Below, piece by piece: positions 45,622 through 55,935 of a stretch of 64,000 bases of DNA. The position numbers and the translations under genes are program-made. Numbering within the stretch: the stretch's first letter is position 1; each line of letters opens with the position of its first letter. The notes under the pieces were generated by a model, which was not told the DNA's origin, made no database searches, and saw nothing but the letters and a program-made list of their open reading frames with translations. Origin of the DNA: a virus; the IMG/VR virus record IMGVR_UViG_3300007734_000751, positions 8,556 through 72,555 of that record; one strand, 5' to 3'.

Positions 45622-47567
45622 TGGCTAATTTCTCCGCTAAGATCCAGACAGCGCGCGATGCCGGATACTCTGATGAAGAGATCAAACGGTTTCTTATGTC
45701 TACGCCTGAAGCGGAGAAAGCCAAAGAAGCTGGCTATACAGACGTAGAGATCGCGTCACATTTTGGATTAGCGCCATCAGAACCTAAAGAGATCGTTACG
45801 ACTCCGCAAAAGATTGCCGGATATGTTGGCGAGACATTAGGCAATATTCCTGAAAGCACGCTTAATTTTGCTCAAGGCATTTATGAAACCGCCACCAATC
45901 CTATGCAAACGGTGGAAGCATTAGGACAGGCCGCGATGAGTCCTGTCCAGACGGCTAAAGCTATTGGTGGTTATTTAGGTGAACGCTACGGGTCGCCTAC
46001 ACAGGCATTAGAAACTTTTAAGACCGATCCTGTTGGCGTGTTGTCTGATATTTCTGCGGGTGCAGGTATTGGTGGATTGACTGCGCGGCTTGGCGGTAAA
46101 GGCGTTTTAGCTCAGAATGCAATGCGTTTAGCTGAACGCACTGCGCCTTCAAACGTATTAGCCGGCGCTTTACAAGCTCCTTTTAATGCCGCCGCGCCTA
46201 CTTATGAGTTTGCGCGCAACATGATGGCTCCTAAGTACGCAGCATACATGGCGGCGACTGAGGGCAGAACGCCTGAAATTATCTCGGCGCTTCGCAGCCC
46301 ACAAGCGCAGATCGTTCCTGGCGCTATGCCTACAGCGGCGCAAGCCGCTGCGCCTGTTGGTGCGGCTAAGTTCCAGGCGCTCGGCGCTACAGCCGCCGAA
46401 ACAATGCCGTCCGAATATATGCAACGTGCTCAAGAGCAAGGCGCGGCGCGTCTAAAAGCATTAAGAACTGTAGCTGGATCTGAGCGCACGTTAGAAGCGG
46501 CTAAAGAAGGCCGGTCTAAAGAAGCTGCGTATCTTTACGGAAAAGCAGATAAAATGCTTGTACCTGAAGATAAAAAACTAGCTGAGTTACTAACGCGTCC
46601 TTCGATGGACAAAGCGCTTGCTCGCGCTGAAGAGTTAGCCGCAGAGCGCGGCCATACGTTCCAGCTTGGCGAAACTAAACCTGCTACGACTGTAGAGTCC
46701 GCTATCGTCGATGAATATGGCAATCCGATCAAGCGCACAATTCCTGCAACGACCGCTAAGTATCCTGTTAGCAGCTTGCACGCGCTCAAGATGTCTATGG
46801 ACGATCTTATACGCAACCCAGAACGCTTTGGCATCGGCGCATCTGAAGCCGCTGCTATAGGTAACACGCGCAAGCAATTAATTAGTTGGATCAAACAAAA
46901 ATCACCGCTGTATGAACAAGCGCGCGGTCAGTTTGCCAAGCGTAGCGGGCCGATCAATCAAATGGAGATCGGCCAATATCTCGAAAGCAAATTGCTGGCA
47001 CCGTTGAGCGAAGAAGCACCGCAACGCGCAGGTGTATTTGCGACGGCTGTTGAGGCTGCACCACGCACGATCAAACAAGCGCTCGAAGGTGGTGGGCCTC
47101 GATTCGAGAAACTGTCTCAAGTATTAACGCCCACACAAGTAAAAGCTATTGAGAATATCCAAGCTGACTTAGCGCGCGAGGCGCAAGCAGATCGTATGGC
47201 GCGTGTGGCTAGAGAAGCTGCGCCTGACGCGACTGAAATAACTAAAGGTGTGTTGCCGCGTGCTCCTAACTGGATGAACCGCATCACATCGACCGTCAAT
47301 AAAATAATGGATAAATCGCAGGGCGCGCTTGATCGTAAATATGCGCTTGAGATCGCGACTGAGATGTTGGATCCCGAACAGACCGCAAAGGTTCTTGAAG
47401 CCGCTGTGGCATATGCGGAAAAAACTAAAAAGACCGCAGCAAAAATAAAAGGCATGGGCGCAGGTGTAAAAGAAACTGTGCAGAAACTTGGCCCCGCGAT
47501 CTCTGGAGCTGTGACCGTTCAGAACGTGATGCGCCGCAGAGACAATCAAAACGCGATGGCGAGATGA
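45621..47567 (+). CDS. Ejection protein 3
   Basis: Homologue of 8153..10057 with a different N-terminal domain. Confidence 0.65.
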   Translation: MANFSAKIQTARDAGYSDEEIKRFLMSTPEAEKAKEAGYTDVEIASHFGLAPSEPKEIVTTPQKIAGYVGETLGNIPESTLNFAQGIYETATNPMQTVEALGQAAMSPVQTAKAIGGYLGERYGSPTQALETFKTDPVGVLSDISAGAGIGGLTARLGGKGVLAQNAMRLAERTAPSNVLAGALQAPFNAAAPTYEFARNMMAPKYAAYMAATEGRTPEIISALRSPQAQIVPGAMPTAAQAAAPVGAAKFQALGATAAETMPSEYMQRAQEQGAARLKALRTVAGSERTLEAAKEGRSKEAAYLYGKADKMLVPEDKKLAELLTRPSMDKALARAEELAAERGHTFQLGETKPATTVESAIVDEYGNPIKRTIPATTAKYPVSSLHALKMSMDDLIRNPERFGIGASEAAAIGNTRKQLISWIKQKSPLYEQARGQFAKRSGPINQMEIGQYLESKLLAPLSEEAPQRAGVFATAVEAAPRTIKQALEGGGPRFEKLSQVLTPTQVKAIENIQADLAREAQADRMARVAREAAPDATEITKGVLPRAPNWMNRITSTVNKIMDKSQGALDRKYALEIATEMLDPEQTAKVLEAAVAYAEKTKKTAAKIKGMGAGVKETVQKLGPAISGAVTVQNVMRRRDNQNAMAR

Positions 47568-47830
47568 CACCAATGGCTGAATATCAAGTGTTCTTTGACG
47601 TGGCCGTTGGTATGATTGGCGTCCTGGGCGGATGGGTATTGAATACCGTCTGGGGCGCTGTCAAAGACCTGCAAGAAGCCGATAAGGATCTGGCTGAGAA
47701 GGTCGGTCAGATCGAGGTTCTTGTCGCTGGACGTTACGTTACCCGCGAAGAGTTTAACACGACACTTAGCCAAGTGTTCATAAAGCTCGATACGATTCGA
47801 GATATTGTGAGCCAGAAAGCGGATAGATGA
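47564..47830 (+). CDS. Single-TM lysis-cassette protein
   Basis: Homologue of 10057..10317. Confidence 0.5.
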   Translation: MTPMAEYQVFFDVAVGMIGVLGGWVLNTVWGAVKDLQEADKDLAEKVGQIEVLVAGRYVTREEFNTTLSQVFIKLDTIRDIVSQKADR

Positions 47831-48330
47831 AAGAGAACTACGCGCAGGCGCTGAAGCAAGTCTTGAAATACGAAGGTGGCAAAGTAGATGACCCTCGTGA
47901 TCCAGGCGGCAGGACTGCTTTTGGCATCACTCAGGATACCTATGACGCGTGGCGTAAAAAACAGAATCTGCCGACAGTTGACGTGTTCACGATCAGTCAG
48001 GCGGATGTTGCGGCCATTTACCGTCAAGAATATTGGGATCGTATTTCTGGAGATAATTTGCCCTCTGGCGTTGATTTTGCTGTGTTCGACTTTGCTGTCA
48101 ATTCCGGCGTAAGCCGCGCGGCTAAAACATTGCAAGCCGTTGTCGGCGTTACGCAAGACGGCGTGATTGGCCCCGCTACTATTCAAGCCGCTAAGACCTA
48201 TGTTGCGATGTCGATAACTAATCGACGTCTAGCGTTTATGCAGTCCCTGTCGATCTGGTCTACGTTCGGCAAAGGATGGTCTGCGCGAATAGCTGACGTT
48301 AAATCGCAGATCATAGCGCTTGTTAAATAG
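47827..48330 (+). CDS. GH108 endolysin
   Basis: EGG..DPGG.T.FGIT; homologue of 10314. Confidence 0.9.
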   Translation: MKENYAQALKQVLKYEGGKVDDPRDPGGRTAFGITQDTYDAWRKKQNLPTVDVFTISQADVAAIYRQEYWDRISGDNLPSGVDFAVFDFAVNSGVSRAAKTLQAVVGVTQDGVIGPATIQAAKTYVAMSITNRRLAFMQSLSIWSTFGKGWSARIADVKSQIIALVK

Positions 48331-48424
48331 AATAGTATATATCGTCGCGGTTGCCGCTTCGATTTCATACGGTGCAAAACTAGCATTTATGCTTGGCATT
48401 TATTTTAGGAGGACAATGGAATGA
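48320..48424 (+). CDS. 34-aa membrane peptide (TTG start)
   Basis: Hand translation ...YGAKLAFMLGIYFRRTME; homologue of 10903. Confidence 0.5.
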   Translation: MLNRIVYIVAVAASISYGAKLAFMLGIYFRRTME

Positions 48425-48585
48425 TTAAGAATTGGAAAACCACAATTCCTGGCGTTATTACTCTTATTGGCGTTGTCTTCAATGCTTGGCAGACCAAAAC
48501 GCTTGACTGGTCTTCACTGCAAGCTGCGCTCGTCGCTATTGGTCTGATCGGCGCTAAAGATTTTAACGTCACTGGCGGCGCATGA
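48421..48585 (+). CDS. Small two-TM holin (54 aa)
   Basis: MIKNWKTTIPG...; AGGAGG RBS. Confidence 0.75.
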   Translation: MIKNWKTTIPGVITLIGVVFNAWQTKTLDWSSLQAALVAIGLIGAKDFNVTGGA

Positions 48586-48794
48586 CGACTGCCATTCTCG
48601 TTGGTTTATTTTTAATTGTGCTTTACGGCGCGGTTAAAATGTTAATCGCCGACGCTTATGATCGCGGGCGACGCGAGGAAGTTGTGCGTCGTTTAGATCT
48701 TGCGGCTAAGTTAAAAGAAAGACAGACCAATGTCGTTATGGCCCCTAAAACCGTGGACGATACTGCTACTGATCTTGACAACGGCACTTTCTAG
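48582..48794 (+). CDS. Inner-membrane spanin
   Basis: Homologue of 11171. Confidence 0.65.
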   Translation: MTTAILVGLFLIVLYGAVKMLIADAYDRGRREEVVRRLDLAAKLKERQTNVVMAPKTVDDTATDLDNGTF

Positions 48795-48951
48795 TTGCCA
48801 GTCAACGAGCGGCGGGTCTTGCCCGCCACTCGCTCAATATTCACTCGCTCAACAGCGCGCCGTTGCCGCTGAACTTAGGCGGCTCCGTGGAACCGAAACG
48901 GCTCAGTTTATCGTCGATTACGGCAAGCTCAGGGCGGCGTGTCGGCTTTAG
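48730..48951 (+). CDS. Outer-membrane spanin lipoprotein
   Basis: LSSC lipobox; homologue of 11319. Confidence 0.7.
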   Translation: MSLWPLKPWTILLLILTTALSSCQSTSGGSCPPLAQYSLAQQRAVAAELRRLRGTETAQFIVDYGKLRAACRL

Positions 48952-49290
48952 ATCTTCTCTTTTAGCGGGTTTTAAATCCGTACGCTTCTTGTATCCGATG
49001 TTAGCGCCAGTCGCGGCCTTCTGATTTGCATAATCATTAGCAAACATCGCCGCAAACGCTTCATAGTTCATCGCGTCAAGGCGGCTGTCGATATGCGTCG
49101 GGCTGCTAAACGCGCGAGCGTTCTTAACGCAGACCATGATAATCGCTACCTCAAAGGGGTGAATATCGCGGCCCAAACGCAGAGATGCCAAATCAGCAAT
49201 AAGCTGAAAATTATCTTCAATTCCACCGTAGTCAGCCCCGCGCTCTCCGATAATTTCGCTGGCTTGTTGTAGTAGATCGTGCGGATTCAT
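48841..49290 (-). CDS. DUF6378-like protein
   Basis: Homologue of 11430. Confidence 0.65.
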   Translation of the reverse strand: MNPHDLLQQASEIIGERGADYGGIEDNFQLIADLASLRLGRDIHPFEVAIIMVCVKNARAFSSPTHIDSRLDAMNYEAFAAMFANDYANQKAATGANIGYKKRTDLKPAKREDLKPTRRPELAVIDDKLSRFGSTEPPKFSGNGALLSE

Positions 49291-49465
49291 CTATTTCCCC
49301 TATTAGTTCGGCACGCTCACGCAACATCCGCAGCGTCGTGTAACGCTGATGCAAACGTATAATGACCGTAGACCGCCGAGCGTTCTTGCGCTCGTCTTCC
49401 AAGAGATCCAATACCTCTTGTTCCGTGTAGTCCGTCAGGACTTCATTCAATTCACGCCAGTTCAT
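49232..49465 (-). CDS. Conserved hypothetical protein
   Basis: RLHQRY; homologue of 11845. Confidence 0.65.
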   Translation of the reverse strand: MNWRELNEVLTDYTEQEVLDLLEDERKNARRSTVIIRLHQRYTTLRMLRERAELIGEIDESARSTTTSQRNYRRARG

Positions 49466-50732
49466 TTAAGGCTAACTCCGCTAACGAACGCTTGTCGTGC
49501 AGACTTGCGTAGATGCGCTCGTCAATAGTCTTATTACAAATCATAACGTAACACCACACTTCTTTTGTTTGGCCGCTACGGTGCAGGCGTCCAATGGTTT
49601 GCTCGTAAAGTTCGAGCGACCACGGCAACGATAGAAAGATGATCTTGTTGCCGCCAAACTGTAAGTTCAGTCCGTGACCTGCGCTCTTTGGATGCAGGGC
49701 CAATAGCTCCAGTTCACCTTTGTTCCACTTGTCAACGACATTCTCGTCGTCCATAGTAGAGAGTTGTGGATATTGTCGTTTTAATTCTGCTAGTTCTTCT
49801 TTATAATTGTAGACAATGATTGTGTTGGCGTGTTGGTTTTCTTCGAGCACTTCTCTTAATAGATCAAACTTATGCGAAGTTAGCCACTCCGCGCCGTTAG
49901 CGCCGTAAATGAATCCGCCCGCGAGCTGTTGTAGTTTCTGAGTGACGACAGCCGCTGTCGGCGCTGTGATGGTCTGTCCTAACTCAAGGACAAAATCCTT
50001 TTTCATTTTATTGTATGGCGCTAGATCCATGTCGCAGCGCAACTCTACGACGTTGAGCGGCGGTAGCTTGTCCTTGTATTCGCCAGCCTCTAACACATAT
50101 GTCGCTGGTTTGATCGCGGTCATTACATGGTTCAACGCCTCAGGCAGCGGCTCCCACTGTTGATACTCGCGGTTGATGCAGTAGAAATACTGTTGCAGAA
50201 ACGCGCCTTTGCTACGGCCTAACAGCTTCTGGTCAACAACTTTGCACTGGCCGAACACGTCTTCAAGACCGTTCGACGTGAACGATCCTGTCAAGCCCCA
50301 GCGTATGTGGAACTTGTCAAGGATTTTCAGTAAGTATTTAAAGCGTTTTCCACTAGGATTTTTTAGTCGCGTAAGCTCATCAAAAACCACACCGTCAAAA
50401 CCAGTGGGATCAATGCTAGGTATATTGTCATAGTTCGTCACCACAATGTCAGCGTCGGAATCAAAAGCGGCTTTGCGTTGCGCTGGCGTCCCAACGGCTA
50501 TGCTTATGTCAAACTCAGGACACCACTTTTGACCCTCTTGCTTCCAAACATCAGTGCAAACTCGTTTGGGTGCAAGCACTAACCAGCGGTCAACAAAACC
50601 TCGCGCTAACATTTCTGTCATTGCGGTTAATGTAATTGCAGTCTTACCAGCGCCGACGGGCGCTAAGATCATGGCGCGGTCACGACAGAAAAGGAAGTCG
50701 GCTGCGTCGTGTTGATACGGTCGTAAGTCCAT
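49452..50732 (-). CDS. SNF2-family helicase
   Basis: Homologue of 12033. Confidence 0.9.
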   Translation of the reverse strand: MDLRPYQHDAADFLFCRDRAMILAPVGAGKTAITLTAMTEMLARGFVDRWLVLAPKRVCTDVWKQEGQKWCPEFDISIAVGTPAQRKAAFDSDADIVVTNYDNIPSIDPTGFDGVVFDELTRLKNPSGKRFKYLLKILDKFHIRWGLTGSFTSNGLEDVFGQCKVVDQKLLGRSKGAFLQQYFYCINREYQQWEPLPEALNHVMTAIKPATYVLEAGEYKDKLPPLNVVELRCDMDLAPYNKMKKDFVLELGQTITAPTAAVVTQKLQQLAGGFIYGANGAEWLTSHKFDLLREVLEENQHANTIIVYNYKEELAELKRQYPQLSTMDDENVVDKWNKGELELLALHPKSAGHGLNLQFGGNKIIFLSLPWSLELYEQTIGRLHRSGQTKEVWCYVMICNKTIDERIYASLHDKRSLAELALNELA

Positions 50733-50992
50733 CTATCTACCTGTTCACGATTCCAGAGGCACGCATAACGCTGATTCAACTTTTTCATGTCTTCGGCAAA
50801 TATCTTTTGCAACGCCGATAGCTTGCCGCCCTCTTGTTTTAACTCTACAAACCATGTTTCGCCGTTTGGTAAACAAACAATTCTGTCAGAAACGCCACGA
50901 TTGGACAGGCTGTTAAATTTAAACGCAACGCCGTTAAGTGATTGAACGGACTTTACAAAGTAGCGTTCAATATCTTTTTCCAAATCAGTCAT
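50669..50992 (-). CDS. VRR-NUC nuclease
   Basis: EKDIE, GVSDR and FVELK motifs. Confidence 0.85.
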   Translation of the reverse strand: MTDLEKDIERYFVKSVQSLNGVAFKFNSLSNRGVSDRIVCLPNGETWFVELKQEGGKLSALQKIFAEDMKKLNQRYACLWNREQVDRWTYDRINTTQPTSFSVVTAP

Positions 50993-51057
50993 AAAAAACT
51001 ATTTGACACATCCGTAATAAATTGTCTAGTATGCAAATCACAGAAAGGTAATATACA
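50993..51057. promoter_or_regulatory. Divergent promoter region
   Basis: + strand TTGACA-18-TAGTAT; TTGTCTAGT shared with A. Confidence 0.6.
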
Positions 51058-52164
51058 ATGCACTCGGATATAGTCGGCGGCTCAACTGCAAAGCGCGTAA
51101 TGAACTGCCCTGGCTCTGTAAAGCTCGCGCAATCCGTTCCCCCAAGACCAACATCAAAATATGCAGAGGAAGGATCACTCTTACATGATGCGATACACAA
51201 GATCTTATCTCACGGTGCATCTGTTGATGATTTTGGCCTTGGCGATGATCTCATTGAGCGTAAACTACGCGTTGCCCTTGATGCGCTGAATGAGATTGAT
51301 CCTAACTCACAGATGGAGTTTCAGACTGAGATCTCCGTCTCCTTTGGAGGGTATCTAGCTGGCGTATTCGGATCATGTGACCTCATTGGTCGTATTGGCA
51401 ATCGTGCAGTTGTTCTCGATTGGAAGTTTGGTGATGGGGTGGCGGTGGATGCTGTCGAGAACCATCAGCTTTTGTTCTATGCCGCTGCGGCTATGCGGAC
51501 TGACGAAGCCCGTTGGGCGTTCGAGGGCGTCACTGAAATAGAGTGCATCATCGTCCAACCGCCATATGTCAAGCGTTGGACTACTACGCCAGGTCGCGTC
51601 AAAGCGTTCGAGCGGGATCTTTACGACGCCGTTACAACAGCGCTGCGCGGTAACGCTCCTGTAAAGATTGGCGATCATTGCAAATGGTGTCCTGCCAAGC
51701 CAATATGTCCTGCCATGACTGGCGAGACTGAGCGCGCGTTACGGATACAACTGAACAGCATATCGCCAGAGGGCTACAGCAATGCGCTTGTTATCGCAGA
51801 TCGCCTTGAAGACTGGATCAAATCTGTGCGTGAGATGGCGCAACAGGCGCTTGAGAACGACATTGCCATCCCAGGATTTAAACTTGTGCCAAAGCGCGCC
51901 ACACGTCAATGGGTCAACGACGAAGGCGCATTGGAAGCTCTTAAAGAAATGGGACTTGAGCTTGATGAATTAACAGAAACGAAATTGAGATCGCCAGCGC
52001 AGCTAGAGAAAGTGTTGAAGAAACACAAGCTCGAATTGCCTAAAGATCACGTCGTCGCTGTTTCAACGGGTAACACGATTGCGCCGGAGTCAGATCCGCG
52101 CCCAGCCGCGTTACAACTCGGTAAGCACATCCGTGCTGCCACACTCAAACTACAGGTAAAATAA
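51058..52164 (+). CDS. DUF2800 PD-(D/E)XK exonuclease
   Basis: Homologue of 13854. Confidence 0.85.
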   Translation: MHSDIVGGSTAKRVMNCPGSVKLAQSVPPRPTSKYAEEGSLLHDAIHKILSHGASVDDFGLGDDLIERKLRVALDALNEIDPNSQMEFQTEISVSFGGYLAGVFGSCDLIGRIGNRAVVLDWKFGDGVAVDAVENHQLLFYAAAAMRTDEARWAFEGVTEIECIIVQPPYVKRWTTTPGRVKAFERDLYDAVTTALRGNAPVKIGDHCKWCPAKPICPAMTGETERALRIQLNSISPEGYSNALVIADRLEDWIKSVREMAQQALENDIAIPGFKLVPKRATRQWVNDEGALEALKEMGLELDELTETKLRSPAQLEKVLKKHKLELPKDHVVAVSTGNTIAPESDPRPAALQLGKHIRAATLKLQVK

Positions 52165-52796
52165 TGTCTAATCTAGTAAAGTTCGCTGGCGAAAACGCTA
52201 AACTTCCTAACTTATCACAAGTGTTGCGTTCGGTTAAGACCGAATCAGCGCCGATAGGCATGGCAATTATCAAGATGGACAAGACCGGCCACTGGGTTGT
52301 CGGCGCTGACCAGACTGAGATTGAGAAGACAAGCGTATGGGCGGTTAATCCTTTCTCCTTTGTTCACGGCTTTATTGCTTGGGGCCAAGGCGAAGTGTTA
52401 GCTGAGAAGATGTTTCCGATTGATGTCAAACTTGCTGACGTTGATCTGGGGCCAGCTCCGGCAGGCGCGCAGCGCGGTTGGGAAGATCAGTTCGGCATGT
52501 CTGTGAAATGCGTAGAAGGTGCCGACGAAGGACTTGATGCGCGTTTCTCAACAACATCTGTCGGTGGGCGGCGCGCTATGGCGACGTTGATGAACACCGT
52601 CGGCGAACAAGAAGAGAAAGACCCAACCAACATTGTGCCGTTGGTTGAGCTTGGTAGCGAGTATTATGCACATAAGGTTTATGGTCGCGTTTACACACCT
52701 GTATTCAAGATCATTAACTGGATCAGCTTAGACGGTAACGCCGCTGACGAGGCGCAAGTCGAGTCGGCAAGCACGGGGCGTCGCCGCCGTAGCTGA
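52164..52796 (+). CDS. Putative ssDNA-binding protein
   Basis: KMDKTGHWV, YGRVYTPV and RRRR tail as in 14955. Confidence 0.55.
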   Translation: MSNLVKFAGENAKLPNLSQVLRSVKTESAPIGMAIIKMDKTGHWVVGADQTEIEKTSVWAVNPFSFVHGFIAWGQGEVLAEKMFPIDVKLADVDLGPAPAGAQRGWEDQFGMSVKCVEGADEGLDARFSTTSVGGRRAMATLMNTVGEQEEKDPTNIVPLVELGSEYYAHKVYGRVYTPVFKIINWISLDGNAADEAQVESASTGRRRRS

Positions 52797-52863
52797 TACG
52801 ATGGGGCGGCGTTCGCGTGACACCGTGCCGCCCCGTCACCCTTCCTAACAGAAAGATAAGAAG

Positions 52864-53043
52864 ATGGCCGAACGTAAAGTTTGGAACGACGCAACACGTC
52901 TAACGCCCAAAGAACAACAGGTGTATGATCTATTCCGTAAGGGCTTTAGAGTTAAAGACATCGCTGTGATTCTTAGCATTACGCCAAGCGCAGCGCGGAC
53001 AAGACTAGCTCTAGCAAAGGATAAGGTGCGCTGTGGCGGATAA
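52864..53043 (+). CDS. 59-aa LuxR/GerE-like HTH protein, not in ORF track
   Basis: Hand translation RLTPKEQQVYDLFRKGFRVKDIAVILSITPSAARTRL; absent at this position in A. Confidence 0.65.
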   Translation: MAERKVWNDATRLTPKEQQVYDLFRKGFRVKDIAVILSITPSAARTRLALAKDKVRCGG

Positions 53044-53638
53044 ACTTTTCATACCGGCTTACTGGCCTTTCTTCAAATCGGGTGAGTTGCGTCGCTTTGA
53101 CTATCAAGCGCCGGACACGCCATCGTTTACGTCTGTGTTTAGTTATGACAAGGGCAGCGACAGTATGCTCTACAATAACTATGACAGCGCAGGCACATGG
53201 TTGAACAAATGGTTCTACCGATACAATCCTGGCTTCGGCGTTGCTGAGTGGCGTGACGACTATCCTGGCAACAAGAAGGTAGTTCTATCACCAGCGATAG
53301 GATGGGGCGAATTTCAGGACGTTGGGTCTGATTACATCAACTATCCGCGCTTTGACTTCTTTAAATGCTGGCCGCCAGCGTCAAGCAGCGGTGTGCAAAT
53401 CGTGCATTTCGAAGAACACATCTCACAAATGAACGTGATGGGCGCATACTATCAAGACGTGATCCAGTTCACTTACTTGCAGAACTGGAACGGCAAGCCA
53501 GCCACAGGCGCGCGTTATTGGATGGCGCTCGGTGTTGGCCCGATCAAGACGCAGTTCTTAACTCAGGAGGCAACAGACCCAACAAAGATAACGGAATCTG
53601 TAATATGGGACGCTAAAATAACGAGGATAAACCAATGA
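53033..53638 (+). CDS. Aromatic-rich hypothetical protein
   Basis: Homologue of 15632. Confidence 0.75.
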   Translation: MADKLFIPAYWPFFKSGELRRFDYQAPDTPSFTSVFSYDKGSDSMLYNNYDSAGTWLNKWFYRYNPGFGVAEWRDDYPGNKKVVLSPAIGWGEFQDVGSDYINYPRFDFFKCWPPASSSGVQIVHFEEHISQMNVMGAYYQDVIQFTYLQNWNGKPATGARYWMALGVGPIKTQFLTQEATDPTKITESVIWDAKITRINQ

Positions 53639-53877
53639 GTGACCGAAGCGATATGGAATACTATTTAGACGCCTTAGACCGCGAAGACCGTAAAGATCGC
53701 CGCGATGATCGTGAAGAGCGATTAAAAGAGCTGATGAGCGATCTACTGTCCACCATCAAAAACTATTCAGACAAACATGAGAGGCCAGATGAAATCCTAT
53801 TCGTTCTTGATCGTATCGTTGACGCTTATCGCACAGCCTTTGAAAGCACAGGAGGTAGAGACGCCAAGGTTCAGTGA
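53635..53877 (+). CDS. Small helical hypothetical protein
   Basis: GAGGA RBS; ATGA coupling. Confidence 0.6.
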   Translation: MSDRSDMEYYLDALDREDRKDRRDDREERLKELMSDLLSTIKNYSDKHERPDEILFVLDRIVDAYRTAFESTGGRDAKVQ

Positions 53878-54016
53878 GATGAACTACGGCGAACAGACCT
53901 TCATCTACGACCGCAACGGGCGCATGGTCGCTGCGGGCGTGGGCGATGAGTATGGCATGTATTACAGCAACCGCTACGGCCAGACTATCGGCACAAGATA
54001 TGATGCGCCAAAATGA
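53777..54016 (+). CDS. Small exported protein
   Basis: Signal peptide; ATGA coupling to the polymerase gene. Confidence 0.6.
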   Translation: MRGQMKSYSFLIVSLTLIAQPLKAQEVETPRFSEMNYGEQTFIYDRNGRMVAAGVGDEYGMYYSNRYGQTIGTRYDAPK

Positions 54017-55935
54017 TCTGGTTAGACTTTGAAACGCGCAGCGAGTGCGATCTGAAGGTGGCGGGCGTATATAACTACGCTCGTCATCCTTCGACGCAGA
54101 TACTGTGCATGGGCTTTGCGTTTAATGATGAGAGCGTCAACGTCACAACGAACGTGTCGGAGATGCGTAAGATATTTGCTAACGCTCCAGACCATCAGAT
54201 CTGCGCGCACAACGCAGCCTTTGAGCGGCTAATCATAGAGCATGTGCTTGGTATGCCGATGCCGATAGATCGTTTCTACTGCACGTCTGCACAGGCCCGC
54301 GCTAACTGTATGCCAGGATCGTTAGAAGATGTCGGGCGCTTCATGGGCGCGTCAATGCGTAAAGACAACAAAGGCGGCGCGCTTGTTAAGAAGCTCTGCA
54401 CACCGCCGTTCAAAGGCACTGACGAAGACATGAAAGGTTTGATTAGATATTGCGCGCAGGACGTTCGCGCTATGCGAGACTTCAGCCAACGCATTGAACC
54501 GTTGAGCGAAGAACAGCTAACTGATTATCACGTCAACGAGCGCATCAACGACAGAGGCGTGCGCGTAGATGTTAAACTGTGCAAGGCCGCGCTGCTTTAT
54601 TCTGATGCAGAGATTGTTGATATTCAAAAGCGCGTGGTTGACATAACCAAAGGCGCGATCACATCTGTCCGCAGTCCTAAGATGCGCGAGTGGGTGTTAG
54701 CGCGGCTAGGCCCAGACGCGCGGGCGCTGGCGGTCAAGAACGACAAGCCGTCTATCGACAAGAGCGTACGCGCCGCGCTGTTGTCAATGGGCGACCCTGA
54801 CCAAGTGCCGCCCGATGTCCTTGAGGTCATACAATGCGCCGATGATATGTGGGCGTCCTCGGTCGCTAAGTTCAAGCGGCTTGAACAGCTCGCCGGAGAG
54901 GACGACCGTGTGCGCGGCGCGTTTGTGTTCGCTGGCGGCAGCGCCACGGGTAGAGCGTCATCATACGGCGCACAAGTGCATAACTTCACGCGCAAGTGTG
55001 CAGACAAGCCCGACTCGGTGCGTCAAGATATGGTGCGGCGTAAACCGATTGTGCCTATACATGGTAAGCGTGTCACTGACGTGCTCAAGAGTATGTTACG
55101 CCCCGCGTTAATTCCGGCCACTAATAAAAAGTTTGTAGTAGCAGACTGGTCGTCCATAGAAGCCCGTATAACTCCGTGGTTGTCTAATAATGGTGAAGCT
55201 AAGTTAAAACTATTTGAGACAGGCGCTGATGTTTATAAAGTAAACGCGGCTAAAACATTTAATATATCAGTAGATAAAGTAACAAAAGATCAGCGACAGA
55301 TTGGTAAAGTTCAAGAGCTTGCGTGTGGCTTTGCTGGCGGTATCGGCGCGTTTGCCGCGATGGGGCGCATCTACGGCGTTGATTTGTCTGATACTGAAGC
55401 GAATCAAATGGTTGTCGGTTGGCGCAAGGCTAATGATTGGGCGGCTGACTTTTGGTCTGCATTACAAGAAGCCTACACAAGCGCCATGCGAAATGACGAC
55501 ACGGAGTTTGAAGCAGGCCGCGTAAAATACTTGCGACAGAATAGACACCTTTGGTATATTCTCCCTTCGGGTCGCAGGCTGTGCTATCCGTATGCCGATT
55601 TTAATAGCGCCAAAGAAGAGGTAACATACGCTAAAGCGTCATTTAAGCCTAGCGCCGACGCTAAACAATGGCCGCGTGCAAGACTATGGAAAGGATTAGC
55701 TTGTGAAAATATTACACAAGCTACCGCCGCAGATATTTTACGCCATGCTTTACGCTGCCTTGATGATGAAGGTTTTGATACTGTTCTACACGTTCACGAT
55801 GAAATTGTTATTGAAACAGATAATCCAGACAAAGCACAAAAAGCATTAGAACGAATAATGAAAACGCCGCCGTCATGGGCGGAAGGTTTACCATTAGACA
55901 TAGAAGTTTCCGTTATGGGGCGGTATGGCAAATGA
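54013..55935 (+). CDS. Family A DNA polymerase
   Basis: Same catalytic motifs as 16519. Confidence 0.93.
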   Translation: MIWLDFETRSECDLKVAGVYNYARHPSTQILCMGFAFNDESVNVTTNVSEMRKIFANAPDHQICAHNAAFERLIIEHVLGMPMPIDRFYCTSAQARANCMPGSLEDVGRFMGASMRKDNKGGALVKKLCTPPFKGTDEDMKGLIRYCAQDVRAMRDFSQRIEPLSEEQLTDYHVNERINDRGVRVDVKLCKAALLYSDAEIVDIQKRVVDITKGAITSVRSPKMREWVLARLGPDARALAVKNDKPSIDKSVRAALLSMGDPDQVPPDVLEVIQCADDMWASSVAKFKRLEQLAGEDDRVRGAFVFAGGSATGRASSYGAQVHNFTRKCADKPDSVRQDMVRRKPIVPIHGKRVTDVLKSMLRPALIPATNKKFVVADWSSIEARITPWLSNNGEAKLKLFETGADVYKVNAAKTFNISVDKVTKDQRQIGKVQELACGFAGGIGAFAAMGRIYGVDLSDTEANQMVVGWRKANDWAADFWSALQEAYTSAMRNDDTEFEAGRVKYLRQNRHLWYILPSGRRLCYPYADFNSAKEEVTYAKASFKPSADAKQWPRARLWKGLACENITQATAADILRHALRCLDDEGFDTVLHVHDEIVIETDNPDKAQKALERIMKTPPSWAEGLPLDIEVSVMGRYGK